This document shows, one piece after another, positions 18,863 through 28,938 of a stretch of DNA of 64,000 bases. The DNA lies in assembly GCA_003599195.1 (NCBI GenBank), contig QZIZ01000075.1, positions 7,705 to 71,704 of the forward strand. Direction: 5' to 3'. A model generated the notes under the pieces. It was not told where the DNA came from and made no database searches. It saw only the letters and a list, made by a program, of their open reading frames with translations. Numbering within the stretch: the first letter of the stretch is position 1; every line of letters begins with the position of its first letter. This stretch comes from Deltaproteobacteria bacterium. GTDB taxonomy: Bacteria; Desulfobacterota; Desulfobaccia; Desulfobaccales; 0-14-0-80-60-11. The translations under genes and the position numbers were made by a program.

Positions 18863-20398
18863 ATGAAAGACCGTTCTGTTTATTTTCGCCTGGCCGTTCC
18901 TATCCTGCTCTGGGCCATCCTCCTTTTGGTCCTGTATCTTTCAAGCCTTTACAGCTTTCTCCTCTTCCACAGCATCGCCGAAATTTTCAGCATCATCATT
19001 GCCGGCGGGGTCTTTGCCCTGGCCTGGAACTCCCGCCGGGTCATTCATAATAATTATCTGCTCTTCCTGGGCATCGGCCTGCTCTTCATCGCCTTTCTGG
19101 ACCTGATCCACGCTCTGGCCTATAAGGGTATGGGGGTTTTTCCCGGCTACGGCGCCAATCTGCCCACCCAACTCTGGATCGCGGCCCGCTATCTCCAGAG
19201 CCTCACCTTTCTGGCCGCGCCTTTGCTGCTCCATCGCCGCCTCCGGCCCGGACTGGTCTTTTTGGGTTATTTTCTGGCCACCGTCCTTTTACTGCTCGCT
19301 ATTTTCCAGTGGCGGATATTCCCCGACTGCTTTGTGGAAGGCCAGGGACTGACCGCTTTCAAAAAGAACAGCGAATACCTCATCTCCCTGATCCTCCTGG
19401 GCGCCATGGGGCTTTTGCTGCAAAAGAAGCGGGACTTCGACCCTTCGGTCCTGCGCCTCTTGGTAATCTCCATCCTGTTGACCATCGGGTCCGAACTGGC
19501 CTTCACTTTTTACATCAGCGTCTATGGGTTCTCCAACATGGTGGGGCACCTGTTTAAGATCATGGCCTTTTACTGCATCTATAAAGCCATCATCGAGACG
19601 GGCCTGGTGCAGCCCTTTGCCCTGTTGTTCCGGGATCTGAAGCTGCATAAGGAAGAGCTGGAAAAGGACCGGGACACCATCAAAGAGCTTAATGTGGAAC
19701 TCATTAAACGGGTGGAGCAGTTGGAGGCCACCAACCGGGAATTGGAGGCCTTCAGCTACTCAGCCTCCCACGACCTGCAGGCGCCTCTGCGGGCGATTAC
19801 CGGCTTTTCCCAGATATTGCAAGAGGAGTACGTGGATAAACTGGATGAAGAAGCCCGGAAGTTCCTGACCATCATCCAGGACAACAGCCAAAAGATGCGG
19901 CTCCTGATCCGCAGCCTCCTCGATCTTTCCCGCATGGAACGCCGGGAACTGAATATTTGCGAGGTTAATATGGAGGAGCTGGTCTTCTCCGTATTTGCGC
20001 AACAAAACGGCGCCGCGGCCAGAGTTCCCGAATTGACCATCAAACCCCTGCCCCCTGCCCGGGGCGACCTGGTGTTGCTGCGGCAGGTCTTGGACAACCT
20101 CCTGGCCAACGCCCGCAAATTCACCCAAACCCGGGAGGCTCCGGTTATTGAAGTGGGAGGCAGCAGCGATGAGGGTGAGAACGTCTATTACGTCCAAGAC
20201 AACGGCATCGGCTTTGATATGAAGTACGCCGAGAGAATCTTCGAAAGCTTTCAACGCCTTCACAGCGAAGAGCATTTCGCCGGCGCCGGCATCGGCCTGG
20301 CCCTGGTCAGCCGCATCATCCACCGCCATGGCGGCCGGGTCTGGGCGGAGGCAAAACCTGGAGAAGGAGCTGTCTTCTATTTCACCCTGCCCCGGTGA
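18863..20398 (+). CDS. Membrane sensor histidine kinase (multi-TM N-terminal sensor, coiled coil, HisKA, HATPase)
   Basis: About 7 hydrophobic segments, H-box FSYSASHDLQAPLR, N-box LLANARKF, G-boxes DNGIGF and GAGIGLA. Confidence 0.85.
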   Translation: MKDRSVYFRLAVPILLWAILLLVLYLSSLYSFLLFHSIAEIFSIIIAGGVFALAWNSRRVIHNNYLLFLGIGLLFIAFLDLIHALAYKGMGVFPGYGANLPTQLWIAARYLQSLTFLAAPLLLHRRLRPGLVFLGYFLATVLLLLAIFQWRIFPDCFVEGQGLTAFKKNSEYLISLILLGAMGLLLQKKRDFDPSVLRLLVISILLTIGSELAFTFYISVYGFSNMVGHLFKIMAFYCIYKAIIETGLVQPFALLFRDLKLHKEELEKDRDTIKELNVELIKRVEQLEATNRELEAFSYSASHDLQAPLRAITGFSQILQEEYVDKLDEEARKFLTIIQDNSQKMRLLIRSLLDLSRMERRELNICEVNMEELVFSVFAQQNGAAARVPELTIKPLPPARGDLVLLRQVLDNLLANARKFTQTREAPVIEVGGSSDEGENVYYVQDNGIGFDMKYAERIFESFQRLHSEEHFAGAGIGLALVSRIIHRHGGRVWAEAKPGEGAVFYFTLPR

Positions 20399-20399
20399 T

Positions 20400-20478
20400 G
20401 CGGTCTCTGCGTCCTCTGCGTCTCTGCGGTGAACAAAAGGGGGAATTCACCGCAGAGACGCAGAGAGCGCAGAGAATA
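20400..20478. repeat. RCARAG-arm palindromic element, near-identical to 63485-63566
   Basis: GGTCTCTGCGTCCTCTGCGTCTCTGCGGTGAA-caaaaggggg-AATTCACCGCAGAGACGCAGAGAGCGCAGAGAA. It starts 2 nt after the kinase stop codon. Confidence 0.9.
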
Positions 20479-20538
20479 AACTTTTGTTAGAGGTGCGATC
20501 TTCCGATAATGATCTTGAATATTTTAAAGGTGGATTTT

Positions 20539-21573
20539 ATGAAATTTAACCTGCGCCAGTCTAAATTGTGGACCATTTGGCCGGTTTTACTTATTGCCGC
20601 CCTGCTCTCCGTCGCCTCCCAGGCCTATGCCTTCCGGTTCGTGGTCATGGCCGACAGCCCGGACAACGAGACCAATAAAGGGGGGCTCAATCTAGCCTGC
20701 CTGGAATATCTTCGAGGGCAAATCCTGGAGCTGAATCCCCGGCCGGATATGGTGTTTTTTCTAGGCGACCTGGTGACCAAGGCCTACCAGGATTTGGCGG
20801 ACCCGCCCGATCCTGCCAAAAGGCATTATTATATTCCGGATTGGAAAGCAGCCATGGCGCCCCTGGCCCAGGCGGGCGTCAAGATTTACGTGAGCATCGG
20901 CAACCGGGACCTTTATCCGTCTAAGGGCTGGCCGCCTTCCAAAGAAATGGAACAGAAATTTCAGGAAGATTTCTCCGACCCGCCCTATTTCGATATGCCG
21001 GACAACGGCTCCCCCAACTATAAGAAGCTGGCCTATTCCGTGGCCCATGAAAACGCCTTTTTTGTGGTCCTGGACACCTTCGGCTTTAAACCTGACGGCG
21101 CCAACTATGACAACGGTCTGGATGCGGAGCAATTAGCCTGGTTTTCCGGCCAGGCTCGGGGGGCCACACAGAAATTCAAGTTCGCCTTCAGCCACGGCCC
21201 GGCCTTTTCCCCGGAAGGGTTTGCCGTGGGTGATTCAGTGAAAAAAACCATGTGGGGCATCATGGAAGGCGCCCAATTCGACGCCTATTTTTGCGGCCAT
21301 GAACATATCTATTCCCGCTGGGCGATCACCAGAGCGACTGCCCCCTGGATCACCCGCCGCATTACCCAGGTCTTGACCGGGGCCGGGGGCGCCCTGCCGG
21401 ACCAAATCTTTAAAGTAAAACAGGACCGCAGGAAGGTCCACGCCTTTTCTCTTTATAATTACGTGGTGGGGGATGTGAACGAAAACGACGCCCAATTCCA
21501 GGCCGTCGGCGTCGATTGGAATGCGGGGAATTATACCGCCAGGATCATAGATCGTTTTGCGTTGCAGAAATAG
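20539..21573 (+). CDS. Secreted calcineurin-like metallophosphoesterase
   Basis: Signal peptide (LLIAALLSVASQAYA); motifs VVMADSPDN, GDLV, GNRD, GHEH. Confidence 0.8.
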   Translation: MKFNLRQSKLWTIWPVLLIAALLSVASQAYAFRFVVMADSPDNETNKGGLNLACLEYLRGQILELNPRPDMVFFLGDLVTKAYQDLADPPDPAKRHYYIPDWKAAMAPLAQAGVKIYVSIGNRDLYPSKGWPPSKEMEQKFQEDFSDPPYFDMPDNGSPNYKKLAYSVAHENAFFVVLDTFGFKPDGANYDNGLDAEQLAWFSGQARGATQKFKFAFSHGPAFSPEGFAVGDSVKKTMWGIMEGAQFDAYFCGHEHIYSRWAITRATAPWITRRITQVLTGAGGALPDQIFKVKQDRRKVHAFSLYNYVVGDVNENDAQFQAVGVDWNAGNYTARIIDRFALQK

Positions 21574-21738
21574 GGGGAGGCGCTGGCGGTAGCCTGGGCT
21601 ACCTTTTGACCGAAAACGGAAATATAAAAGCACAATATATCATTAATATATCACTCCACTATTGGCCGCGTCTTAGATGAGAATATATAGCAGTAATCAT
21701 ACATATTGCTATGTCATAAAACATATTTCATTGGTTGC

Positions 21739-23406
21739 TCATTCAAAATCGCTAAGGTCAAAATCAAAATCAGAAAGATCATCTTGCATTCTCTTATCTA
21801 GTTCTTGTTCAATAATTCTTTTTTTAAGCTCTTCGCTCAATATTTTTGCCCGCTCATGAATAAATTTCTCATAATCATCATCCCAAATCCCAAATTTCTC
21901 AAAATCGCCGATAAGATGGGTCATCATAGTTTTTTCAATTTGTTCTTCATTAACCTTAATAAATCTTTTCATGTAGGTAGATGGAGATTTTGCACCAATT
22001 TCTCTTTTATTAAGAAAATCGTCGACGATAGTGATGTTTAAAATATGATTCGCATCCCAATCATCTATTCCATTTTTTATTAAATATGCTTTCGGAAAAA
22101 AATGGTGGTAATTTTTGCTGTTTGCCTGTTTTAACCAATAATTACTAATATTAACTATAGAGTTATCGTTAAACGACTTTGGTTGGTGGTGGGCATAAAC
22201 GCATAATATCGCTTTAATATAAGCTCTACCTGCATTGAACCCACCGTTACGAACGATGAAGTCGGGAGAAGTATTAATCCCCCAATCATATTTAGGTAGT
22301 TCTTCGTTTAGAATTAAATCAATTCTTTTTATATCTTGGGCAAGTTTACTCTCGAGACTAGAGGAGTATCTATCTGAAAGAGAACAACGCCAAAAATAGT
22401 CTTGTAAATATTTCCGTTTATTTCCAGTTGGCCTATCGTTATGGTGATAAAAAAAATAGGCGAAGGGGACAATTAGAGCATTATATGGCAATAGTTGAGA
22501 TACTGGAATCCTATAAAAATTTCTAAAATATTCTACGGCTCTCTCTATTGAGTCTACAACATCATTCCATACATTTATGAACTTATTTTTATTAAGTTTT
22601 AGAATTTGTTTCTTTGTGCACTCCTTCTCTAAAACAATAGAGACAGTTTGAAGGACTGTGGCATCGGAAATTGTTTCATAATTTATCGGGGTTAACTTTT
22701 CTATAAGTTTTCTATATTTTTCCGCTAAATCAAAGTCTTGCTCAGCATCAAATGTCTTGGCAACCATAATTTCAAATACAGTAAGTTGTTTGCCGCCTAC
22801 ATTTATACGTGTAAATATTTCTGTTGCCACATCGATTGGTGCTTCTTTTATAAGGATAATTGAATAATTATACGATTCAATTCTTGTTTTATAGTCCTCT
22901 AACTTTTGGAGAAACCTATGAGGATAACGGGATAACAAAATTATCCCACCATACAGGAGATCAGTAATTCTAATTAAAGACCGTTCATCAATTCCCTCTT
23001 TATCCAGTATTACAATTTCTTCATCTTCGTTTGCTTCGAGATTAATATACATTTCCGCATAGTCATCAATTTTCCCATAATCCCTTTCAATTTTTACCCC
23101 TTTCAGGCTGGCGAATAGACTTGTTAATCTTTGCTGTCCATCAAGAACATATTCAATATAATCGCCTTCATCCGGGATGGGTAATCTAAAATTCCCAATA
23201 TCTCTAATAGCTCTTAATCTTTCTTTGGTTTTCCAAAATATAAGGGTCCCGATTGGGTAACCTTTAATGATGCTATCCATCAAGTTAGCAGATTTCTTTA
23301 AGTCCCAAACAAATTCTCTTTGAAATTGTGGAATTTTAATTTGCCCCTTTTCGATATCATTTAGCAAGCCTTTGAAATTCCGCGGACTAGTTTCAGGGAG
23401 ATACAT
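21739..23406 (-). CDS. GmrSD-like DUF262/DUF1524 protein (candidate modification-dependent type IV restriction nuclease)
   Basis: N-terminal IPQFQREFVW...VLDGQQRLTSL (DUF262 DGQQR signature). C-terminal YHHFFPKAYL...NHILNITIVDDFLNKR (His-Me/DUF1524-like). Acidic tail DLSDFDFDLSDFE. The gene and its flanks are visibly much more AT-rich than the surrounding DNA. Confidence 0.85.
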   Translation of the reverse strand: MYLPETSPRNFKGLLNDIEKGQIKIPQFQREFVWDLKKSANLMDSIIKGYPIGTLIFWKTKERLRAIRDIGNFRLPIPDEGDYIEYVLDGQQRLTSLFASLKGVKIERDYGKIDDYAEMYINLEANEDEEIVILDKEGIDERSLIRITDLLYGGIILLSRYPHRFLQKLEDYKTRIESYNYSIILIKEAPIDVATEIFTRINVGGKQLTVFEIMVAKTFDAEQDFDLAEKYRKLIEKLTPINYETISDATVLQTVSIVLEKECTKKQILKLNKNKFINVWNDVVDSIERAVEYFRNFYRIPVSQLLPYNALIVPFAYFFYHHNDRPTGNKRKYLQDYFWRCSLSDRYSSSLESKLAQDIKRIDLILNEELPKYDWGINTSPDFIVRNGGFNAGRAYIKAILCVYAHHQPKSFNDNSIVNISNYWLKQANSKNYHHFFPKAYLIKNGIDDWDANHILNITIVDDFLNKREIGAKSPSTYMKRFIKVNEEQIEKTMMTHLIGDFEKFGIWDDDYEKFIHERAKILSEELKKRIIEQELDKRMQDDLSDFDFDLSDFE

Positions 23407-23738
23407 TGGGCACCCCTTACGGAAGATATACGCGTAACCTCATACACCGCATACCAAAAATGGTTTTTGGGGCATTTTTCTCGAGTTAAACTCCGAAAAA
23501 GTTCCTTTTTTCAATAACCGAATTGCCTTGGCATAATATCACAAATTTCCGGGGTATGGTGTTTTTTGAAAGTTGGCCATTCTTGATAACTTGCCACATT
23601 AGACAGTTATCAGTGGAGCGCGAAAAATTCCAGATATGATCCGATTATATGGAAAATTATTGACAGACGCCAGTTTGATGCGGATGCGTCCCTATTCTTG
23701 ATGGTGGGTAGTGCAAATATTACCAGGATGGAGTTTTT

Positions 23739-24812
<1,074 letters not shown>

Positions 24813-24818
24813 TTTCAT

Positions 24819-24975
24819 CTGGTTCCCAAGCTGCGCTTGGGAACCCACTTGGCTGCGAAGCTTTGCTTCGCCGGTTATGTATTGGGTAAATTGTCTATGG
24901 TGCTTGTAACTAGCCCGGCCAAGCAGAGCTTGGCCTCCAAGTGCGTTCCCAAGCGGAGCTTGGGAACGAGAAGAG
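24819..24975. mobile_element. MITE-like element, copy 1 (terminal inverted hairpins GGTTCCCAAGC...GCTTGGGAACC)
   Basis: Left end CTGGTTCCCAAGCTGCGCTTGGGAACCCACTTGGCTGCGAAGCTTTGCTTCGC. Right end CCAAGCAGAGCTTGGCCTCCAAGTGCGTTCCCAAGCGGAGCTTGGGAACGAG. Second copy at 36989-37132. Confidence 0.8.
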
Positions 24976-24993
24976 ACGGTGCCATGCTGACAG

Positions 24994-25347
24994 CTAAATC
25001 GCTTGCTTGGAAAGTTCCGCCACCTTAGCGAACCCCGATGGATCAAACAGCGCCAAATCCGCCAACGCCTTGCGGTCCAGGTTGATCTGGGCCTTTTTCA
25101 GGCCGCCGATGAATTTGCTGTAGGACATGCCCAGGGGACGCAGGGCTGCGTTGATGCGGACGATCCACAGGGCCCGGAACTCGCGTTTCCGCACCTTGCG
25201 GTCCCGGTAGGCGAACGTCAGGGCCTTTTCCACGGCTTCCCGGGCGGAGCGGTAGAGGCGGCGCCGGCCGCTGCGGTAACCGCTGGCCATGCTTAGAAAT
25301 TTTTTGCGTCGGGCCCGGGAGGCCACACTTTTTCTCACGCGTGACAT
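24994..25347 (-). CDS. rplT: 50S ribosomal protein L20
   Basis: [43 protein letters not shown] is canonical L20. Confidence 0.95.
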   Translation of the reverse strand: MSRVRKSVASRARRKKFLSMASGYRSGRRRLYRSAREAVEKALTFAYRDRKVRKREFRALWIVRINAALRPLGMSYSKFIGGLKKAQINLDRKALADLALFDPSGFAKVAELSKQAI

Positions 25348-25361
25348 GGGGTACTCCTATT

Positions 25362-25559
25362 TTAAACGTAAGGTAAGAGGCGTTTCAGGTTCTTCTCATC
25401 GGTCCCGGTGAGATAATCCGGCAGCCTTAAATGCCGTTTCCGTTTTCGGGACTTGCTGGTCAAAATGTGGCGCTGATTGGGGTTTTTCCTTTTCAGCCGG
25501 CCGCTGGCAGTGGCGCGGAAGCGCTTGGCCGCACCCCGATGGGTCTTCATCTTCGGCAT
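25362..25559 (-). CDS. rpmI: 50S ribosomal protein L35
   Basis: [25 protein letters not shown] is canonical L35. Confidence 0.95.
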   Translation of the reverse strand: MPKMKTHRGAAKRFRATASGRLKRKNPNQRHILTSKSRKRKRHLRLPDYLTGTDEKNLKRLLPYV

Positions 25560-25580
25560 AACGTAAACCTCTTAAAAACA

Positions 25581-25709
25581 GTTTTTAGTTTTTGGTTTTT
25601 AGTAAAACAAATGCCTTCCTCGGCCAATTCAAGAAGCAACCGGCTTCCCTCGCCAGAGATGGTTTAACTTTTAATGATAACTTAAAACTAAAAACTAAAA
25701 ACCAAAAAC
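25581..25709. repeat. Inverted pair of heptamer arrays bracketing the infC-rpmI intergenic core
   Basis: GTTTTTA GTTTTTG GTTTTTA (25581-25601) versus TTAAAAC TAAAAAC TAAAAAC CAAAAAC (25682-25709), about 80 nt apart. Confidence 0.9.
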
Positions 25710-25711
25710 CA

Positions 25712-26221
25712 TCATTTGGGAGTGACGATCATACTCAGGTTCCGGCCTTCCAGTTTGGGGTGCTGCTCCACTGTGGCGATATCCCCCAAGGCCTCGGAAA
25801 TCTGGGCCAGAATACGGAAACCCCGGTCGGTATGGGCGATCTCCCGGCCCCGGAAGATCACGGAAATTTTGACCTTATCCCCTTCGGTCAAAAAGCGCCG
25901 GGCGTTTCGCATCTTAAAGGCCATATCGTGTTCCTCGATCTTGGGCCGCACCTTGATCTCTTTGACCTGGATGGTGGTTTGCCGCCGCCGGGCTTCCTGC
26001 TGTTTTTTGCTCTGTTGATACTTGTACTTGCCATAATCCATGATGCGGCACACCGGCGGATTGGCCTGGGGAGCCACTTCCACCAGATCCAGGTTGGCCT
26101 CCGCAGCCATGGCCAGGGCTTCCCTGACGGGCATAACTCCGACCTGCTGGCCGTCGGCCCCGATCAAGCGGATTTCGGGAACCTTGATCTGTTCGTTGAT
26201 TCTCACGCGCTGCTTCTGGAT
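25712..26221 (-). CDS. infC: Translation initiation factor IF-3, probable non-canonical AUC start
   Basis: RINEQIKVPEIRLIGADGQQVGVM... is canonical IF-3. AGGAGG lies 8 nt upstream of the in-frame ATC at 26221; the track GTG at 26206 is 23 nt from the SD. Confidence 0.88.
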   Translation of the reverse strand: MQKQRVRINEQIKVPEIRLIGADGQQVGVMPVREALAMAAEANLDLVEVAPQANPPVCRIMDYGKYKYQQSKKQQEARRRQTTIQVKEIKVRPKIEEHDMAFKMRNARRFLTEGDKVKISVIFRGREIAHTDRGFRILAQISEALGDIATVEQHPKLEGRNLSMIVTPK

Positions 26222-26239
26222 GGCCGTAACCTCCTGGAT

Positions 26240-28159
26240 TTATGGGCTTTTAACAGGAGATGGGATTTTCCCTTCCTCCTGCACTCGCTGTACAAAAGTA
26301 TCTACGGGAATATCCTTCCACTCCGTGCCGTCCCGCAACCGGGGCGAGAGCGTCCGGCTCTCGGCTTCCCGGTCGCCGATGATCACCATATAGGGAATTT
26401 TTTGGAGTTGCGCTTCCCGGATCTTATAGCGGAGCGTCTCCGGCCGGCCGTCCAGCTCCACCCTTAAGCCCGCGTCCTTCATGAGCCCCTCAACCTCCTG
26501 GGCGTAAGCGTGCACCCGGTCGGTGATGGGCAGCAAGATGGCCTGGACCGGGGCCAGCCACACCGGGAAGGCCCCCGCGTAGTGTTCCACCAGGACGCCC
26601 ATGAAGCGTTCGAGCGACCCCAAAACCACCCGGTGCAGCATCACCGGCCGGTGGCGCCCCCCGTCCGCGCCCACATAGGTGAGATCGAATCTCTCCGGCA
26701 GGGTGAAATCGCACTGGATGGTGGCGCACTGCCAGCGGCGCTGCAGCGCGTCCTTCAGCTTGACGTCGATCTTGGGCCCGTAAAACGCGCCCTCCCCTTC
26801 GCAGATGGAGTAAGGGATATTTTTGGCCTGCATGGCGTTATGGAGCGCGCCGGTGGCCAGTTCCCATTCCGCGTCGGTGCCGATGGACTTCTCCGGCCGG
26901 GTGGACAGCTCCACCTCGTATTCGAAGCCGAAGACGGTCATCACCTCGAAGACAAAGTCCAAAACCCCCAGGATTTCGCTCTCCACCTGCTCCGGCGTGC
27001 AGATAATGTGGGCGTCGTCCTGGGTGAACTGGCGCACCCGGGTTAAGCCGTGGAGCACCCCGGAACGCTCGTGGCGCATCACCGTGCCCAACTCGAAAAA
27101 CCGCAGGGGCAGCTCCCGGTAGGAGCGCACCCTGGATTTGTAAATCAGCATGTGGGCCAAGCAGTTCATGGGTTTGACCCCATACAGGGTCTCCTCCACC
27201 TGGCTGAAATACATGTGGTCCCGGTAGTTGTCCCAGTGGCCCGAGCGTTTCCATAAATCCGCCTTGAGCATCTGGGGGCCCATGACCATCTGGTAGCCCC
27301 GTTTTAAATGCTCCCGGCGTTCAAAATCCTCGATGAGGCTCCGGAGCATGGCGCCCTTGGGGAGGTAGATCACCAGGCCCGGCCCGGCTTCCTCCTCCAC
27401 CATAAACAGCCCCAACTCCCGGCCCAGCTTGCGGTGGTCCCGGCGTTTCGCTTCCTCCAGGAGTTCCAGGTGGCGGTTTAGTTCCTCATGGGTGGCGAAC
27501 GCGGTGCCGTATAGCCGCTGCAGCATGGGCCGCTTTTCATCCCCACGCCAGTACGCGCCGGAGACGCCGGTGAGCTTGAAAGCCTTCAGGTAGCCGGTGG
27601 AGGGGATATGCGGCCCCCGGCAGAGGTCCACAAAATCGCCCTGGCGATATAAGCTGACCGAATCGGCAGGGATCTCCTCCAGGAGTTCCACCTTATAGGC
27701 CTCCCCCATTTCTCGGAAAAGCCCCAGGGCTTCCTCTTTGGAGACTTCCCGGCGCTTAAAGGGAAGGTCCGCGCCCACCAGTTCGGCCATCCTGGCCTCG
27801 ATCCGGGCCAGGTCCTCCGGAGTAAAAGGCTCCGCCACATCGAAGTCGTAATAAAAACCCGCTTCAATGGCCGGGCCGATGGCCACTTTCACTCCCGGGA
27901 AGAGCGAACGGACCGCTTCCGCCATCACGTGGGCCGCGGAATGGCGCATGATCTCCAGACCCTGGGGGGACTCCAGCCATACGGGGGCCACGGTGCAGTC
28001 ATGGTCCAGGGTCCTCCCCAGGTCCAGCAACTCCCCATCCACGCTAGCGGCCACGGCCTTATGGTCTGTGGCCACTCCCAGGTCTTGCAGCGCCTGGGCC
28101 ACGGTGATCCCTTCGGGTTCCTCCAGGGTCCGGCCGTGGTCCAAGGTGATTTTGATCAT
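26240..28159 (-). CDS. thrS: Threonine--tRNA ligase
   Basis: Full-length ThrRS by eye (TGS N-terminus, [11 protein letters not shown] editing motif, class II core, anticodon-binding C-terminus). Confidence 0.95.
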   Translation of the reverse strand: MIKITLDHGRTLEEPEGITVAQALQDLGVATDHKAVAASVDGELLDLGRTLDHDCTVAPVWLESPQGLEIMRHSAAHVMAEAVRSLFPGVKVAIGPAIEAGFYYDFDVAEPFTPEDLARIEARMAELVGADLPFKRREVSKEEALGLFREMGEAYKVELLEEIPADSVSLYRQGDFVDLCRGPHIPSTGYLKAFKLTGVSGAYWRGDEKRPMLQRLYGTAFATHEELNRHLELLEEAKRRDHRKLGRELGLFMVEEEAGPGLVIYLPKGAMLRSLIEDFERREHLKRGYQMVMGPQMLKADLWKRSGHWDNYRDHMYFSQVEETLYGVKPMNCLAHMLIYKSRVRSYRELPLRFFELGTVMRHERSGVLHGLTRVRQFTQDDAHIICTPEQVESEILGVLDFVFEVMTVFGFEYEVELSTRPEKSIGTDAEWELATGALHNAMQAKNIPYSICEGEGAFYGPKIDVKLKDALQRRWQCATIQCDFTLPERFDLTYVGADGGRHRPVMLHRVVLGSLERFMGVLVEHYAGAFPVWLAPVQAILLPITDRVHAYAQEVEGLMKDAGLRVELDGRPETLRYKIREAQLQKIPYMVIIGDREAESRTLSPRLRDGTEWKDIPVDTFVQRVQEEGKIPSPVKSP

Positions 28160-28173
28160 GCTTCGCCTCTAAT

Positions 28174-28218
28174 AAAAAAAGGCACCTCGGGCGTCCTCAA
28201 GAACTCTCCCCAGATGCC
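28174..28218 (-). promoter_or_regulatory. Terminator-like hairpin plus U7 tract inside the thrS leader (candidate attenuator)
   Basis: Minus strand: GGCAUCUGGG...CCCGAGGUGCC stem (one G-U pair and one bulge) followed by UUUUUUU, ending 14 nt before the thrS AUG. Confidence 0.4.
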
Positions 28219-28390
28219 GTTTCATTCTTACATAAATAGATTCACGGATGCTGCCGTGCTGCTCCTCATTCCCCCAGGCAAGCTTCACCCACTGAGTAAT
28301 AATTCAGCTCATTATTTCGCATAAATACCCGGCCAAGTCAAGCATTTTTACTTTTTTAAAGTGCTGTAGAAGATGAAAAAGAGAAAAATA

Positions 28391-28513
28391 ATTAACCACA
28401 AAGACACAAAGACCACGGAGGTTGACAGAGGAAAAGATTTTTGGATTGGCGCTAGCGCCAATCCAAAATACTATCTCTGTGCATCTCTGTGCCCTCTGTG
28501 TCTCCGTGGTAAA
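28391..28513. repeat. RCARAG-arm palindromic element (ACAGAG/ACAAAG variant) with central GC hairpin
   Basis: Arms TTAACCACAAAGACACAAAGACCACGGAGG... and ...CTCTGTGCCCTCTGTGTCTCCGTGGTAAAT. Core TTTTGGATTGGCGC-ta-GCGCCAATCCAAAA (28437-28466). Confidence 0.85.
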
Positions 28514-28593
28514 TCTTTTTCCTTTATCGCTTATTGCCTTAGCTCCGGAAAACAGAAAAAGATTTTTTATTTCAGTGACTCCGGAGAAAAGAA

Positions 28594-28738
28594 CCCCCTC
28601 CCCCTTCGAGGGGGGAGGGTTGGGGTGGGGGTGGCGTCTTTTTTCTTAGGAAACAACCCATTGCTGCCCAAGAAGCCCCCCTCACCCTACACCCATTCCC
28701 CCGAGGGGAGAGGGGATTAATACTGGAATATCCATATG
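28594..28738. repeat. Two CCCTCTCCC-type hairpin-element copies
   Basis: CCCCCTCCCCC-ttcga-GGGGGGAGGGTTGGGGTGGGGGTGG (28594-28635) and CCCCCCTCACCCTACACCCATTCCCCCGAGGGGAGAGGGGATTAATACTGGAATATCCATATG (28676-28738). Confidence 0.85.
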
Positions 28739-28871
28739 ATAAAAACTTACTGGTAATAAACAGACCCCTTTGGGAGCAGTTCGTTGGGCCGAATCTTTTT
28801 CAATAGTCTCCAGAGGAATGAGTTAAACCGGAGTTAAGGCAGTAATCGGTTTCCTTTTAGTTCCCCTGGAC

Positions 28872-28900
28872 TTGACAGGATGAAACCGCTACAGTAAATG
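28872..28900 (+). promoter_or_regulatory. Sigma-70-type promoter candidate for the transglycosylase gene
   Basis: TTGACA, a 17-nt spacer, then TAAATG, 39 nt upstream of the ATG at 28939. Confidence 0.3.
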
Positions 28901-28938
28901 GAAACCAAATTTTCACCAAAATTTATCGAGATAAGCCG

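Noticed and set aside
20477-20509. Sigma-28-like promoter (TAAA ... tCCGATAA) upstream of the metallophosphoesterase
   Set aside because: The spacer is 21 nt instead of about 15, and the gene is not flagellar.
25592-26467. 291-aa plus-strand ORF spanning the infC-thrS region
   Set aside because: It is antisense to infC and the thrS 3' end and reads through the heptamer arrays, so it is not coding.
28160-28372. T-box riboswitch in the thrS leader
   Set aside because: No convincing T-box sequence adjoins the terminator (the nearest GGGTG lacks the GGUGG-ACC context), and no specifier-loop context was found. Only the terminator-like hairpin is retained as a finding.
28373-28720. ORFs read across repeat elements (28373-28720, 28422-28649; likewise 24768-25046, 33427-33687, 37064-37258, 60344-60757, 42060-42305)
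   Set aside because: Their sequences are spelled by palindromic or MITE-like repeats (for example NHKDTKTTE, HAKTPRRKD, LGTRRDG) that recur in non-homologous contexts, so they are not genes.
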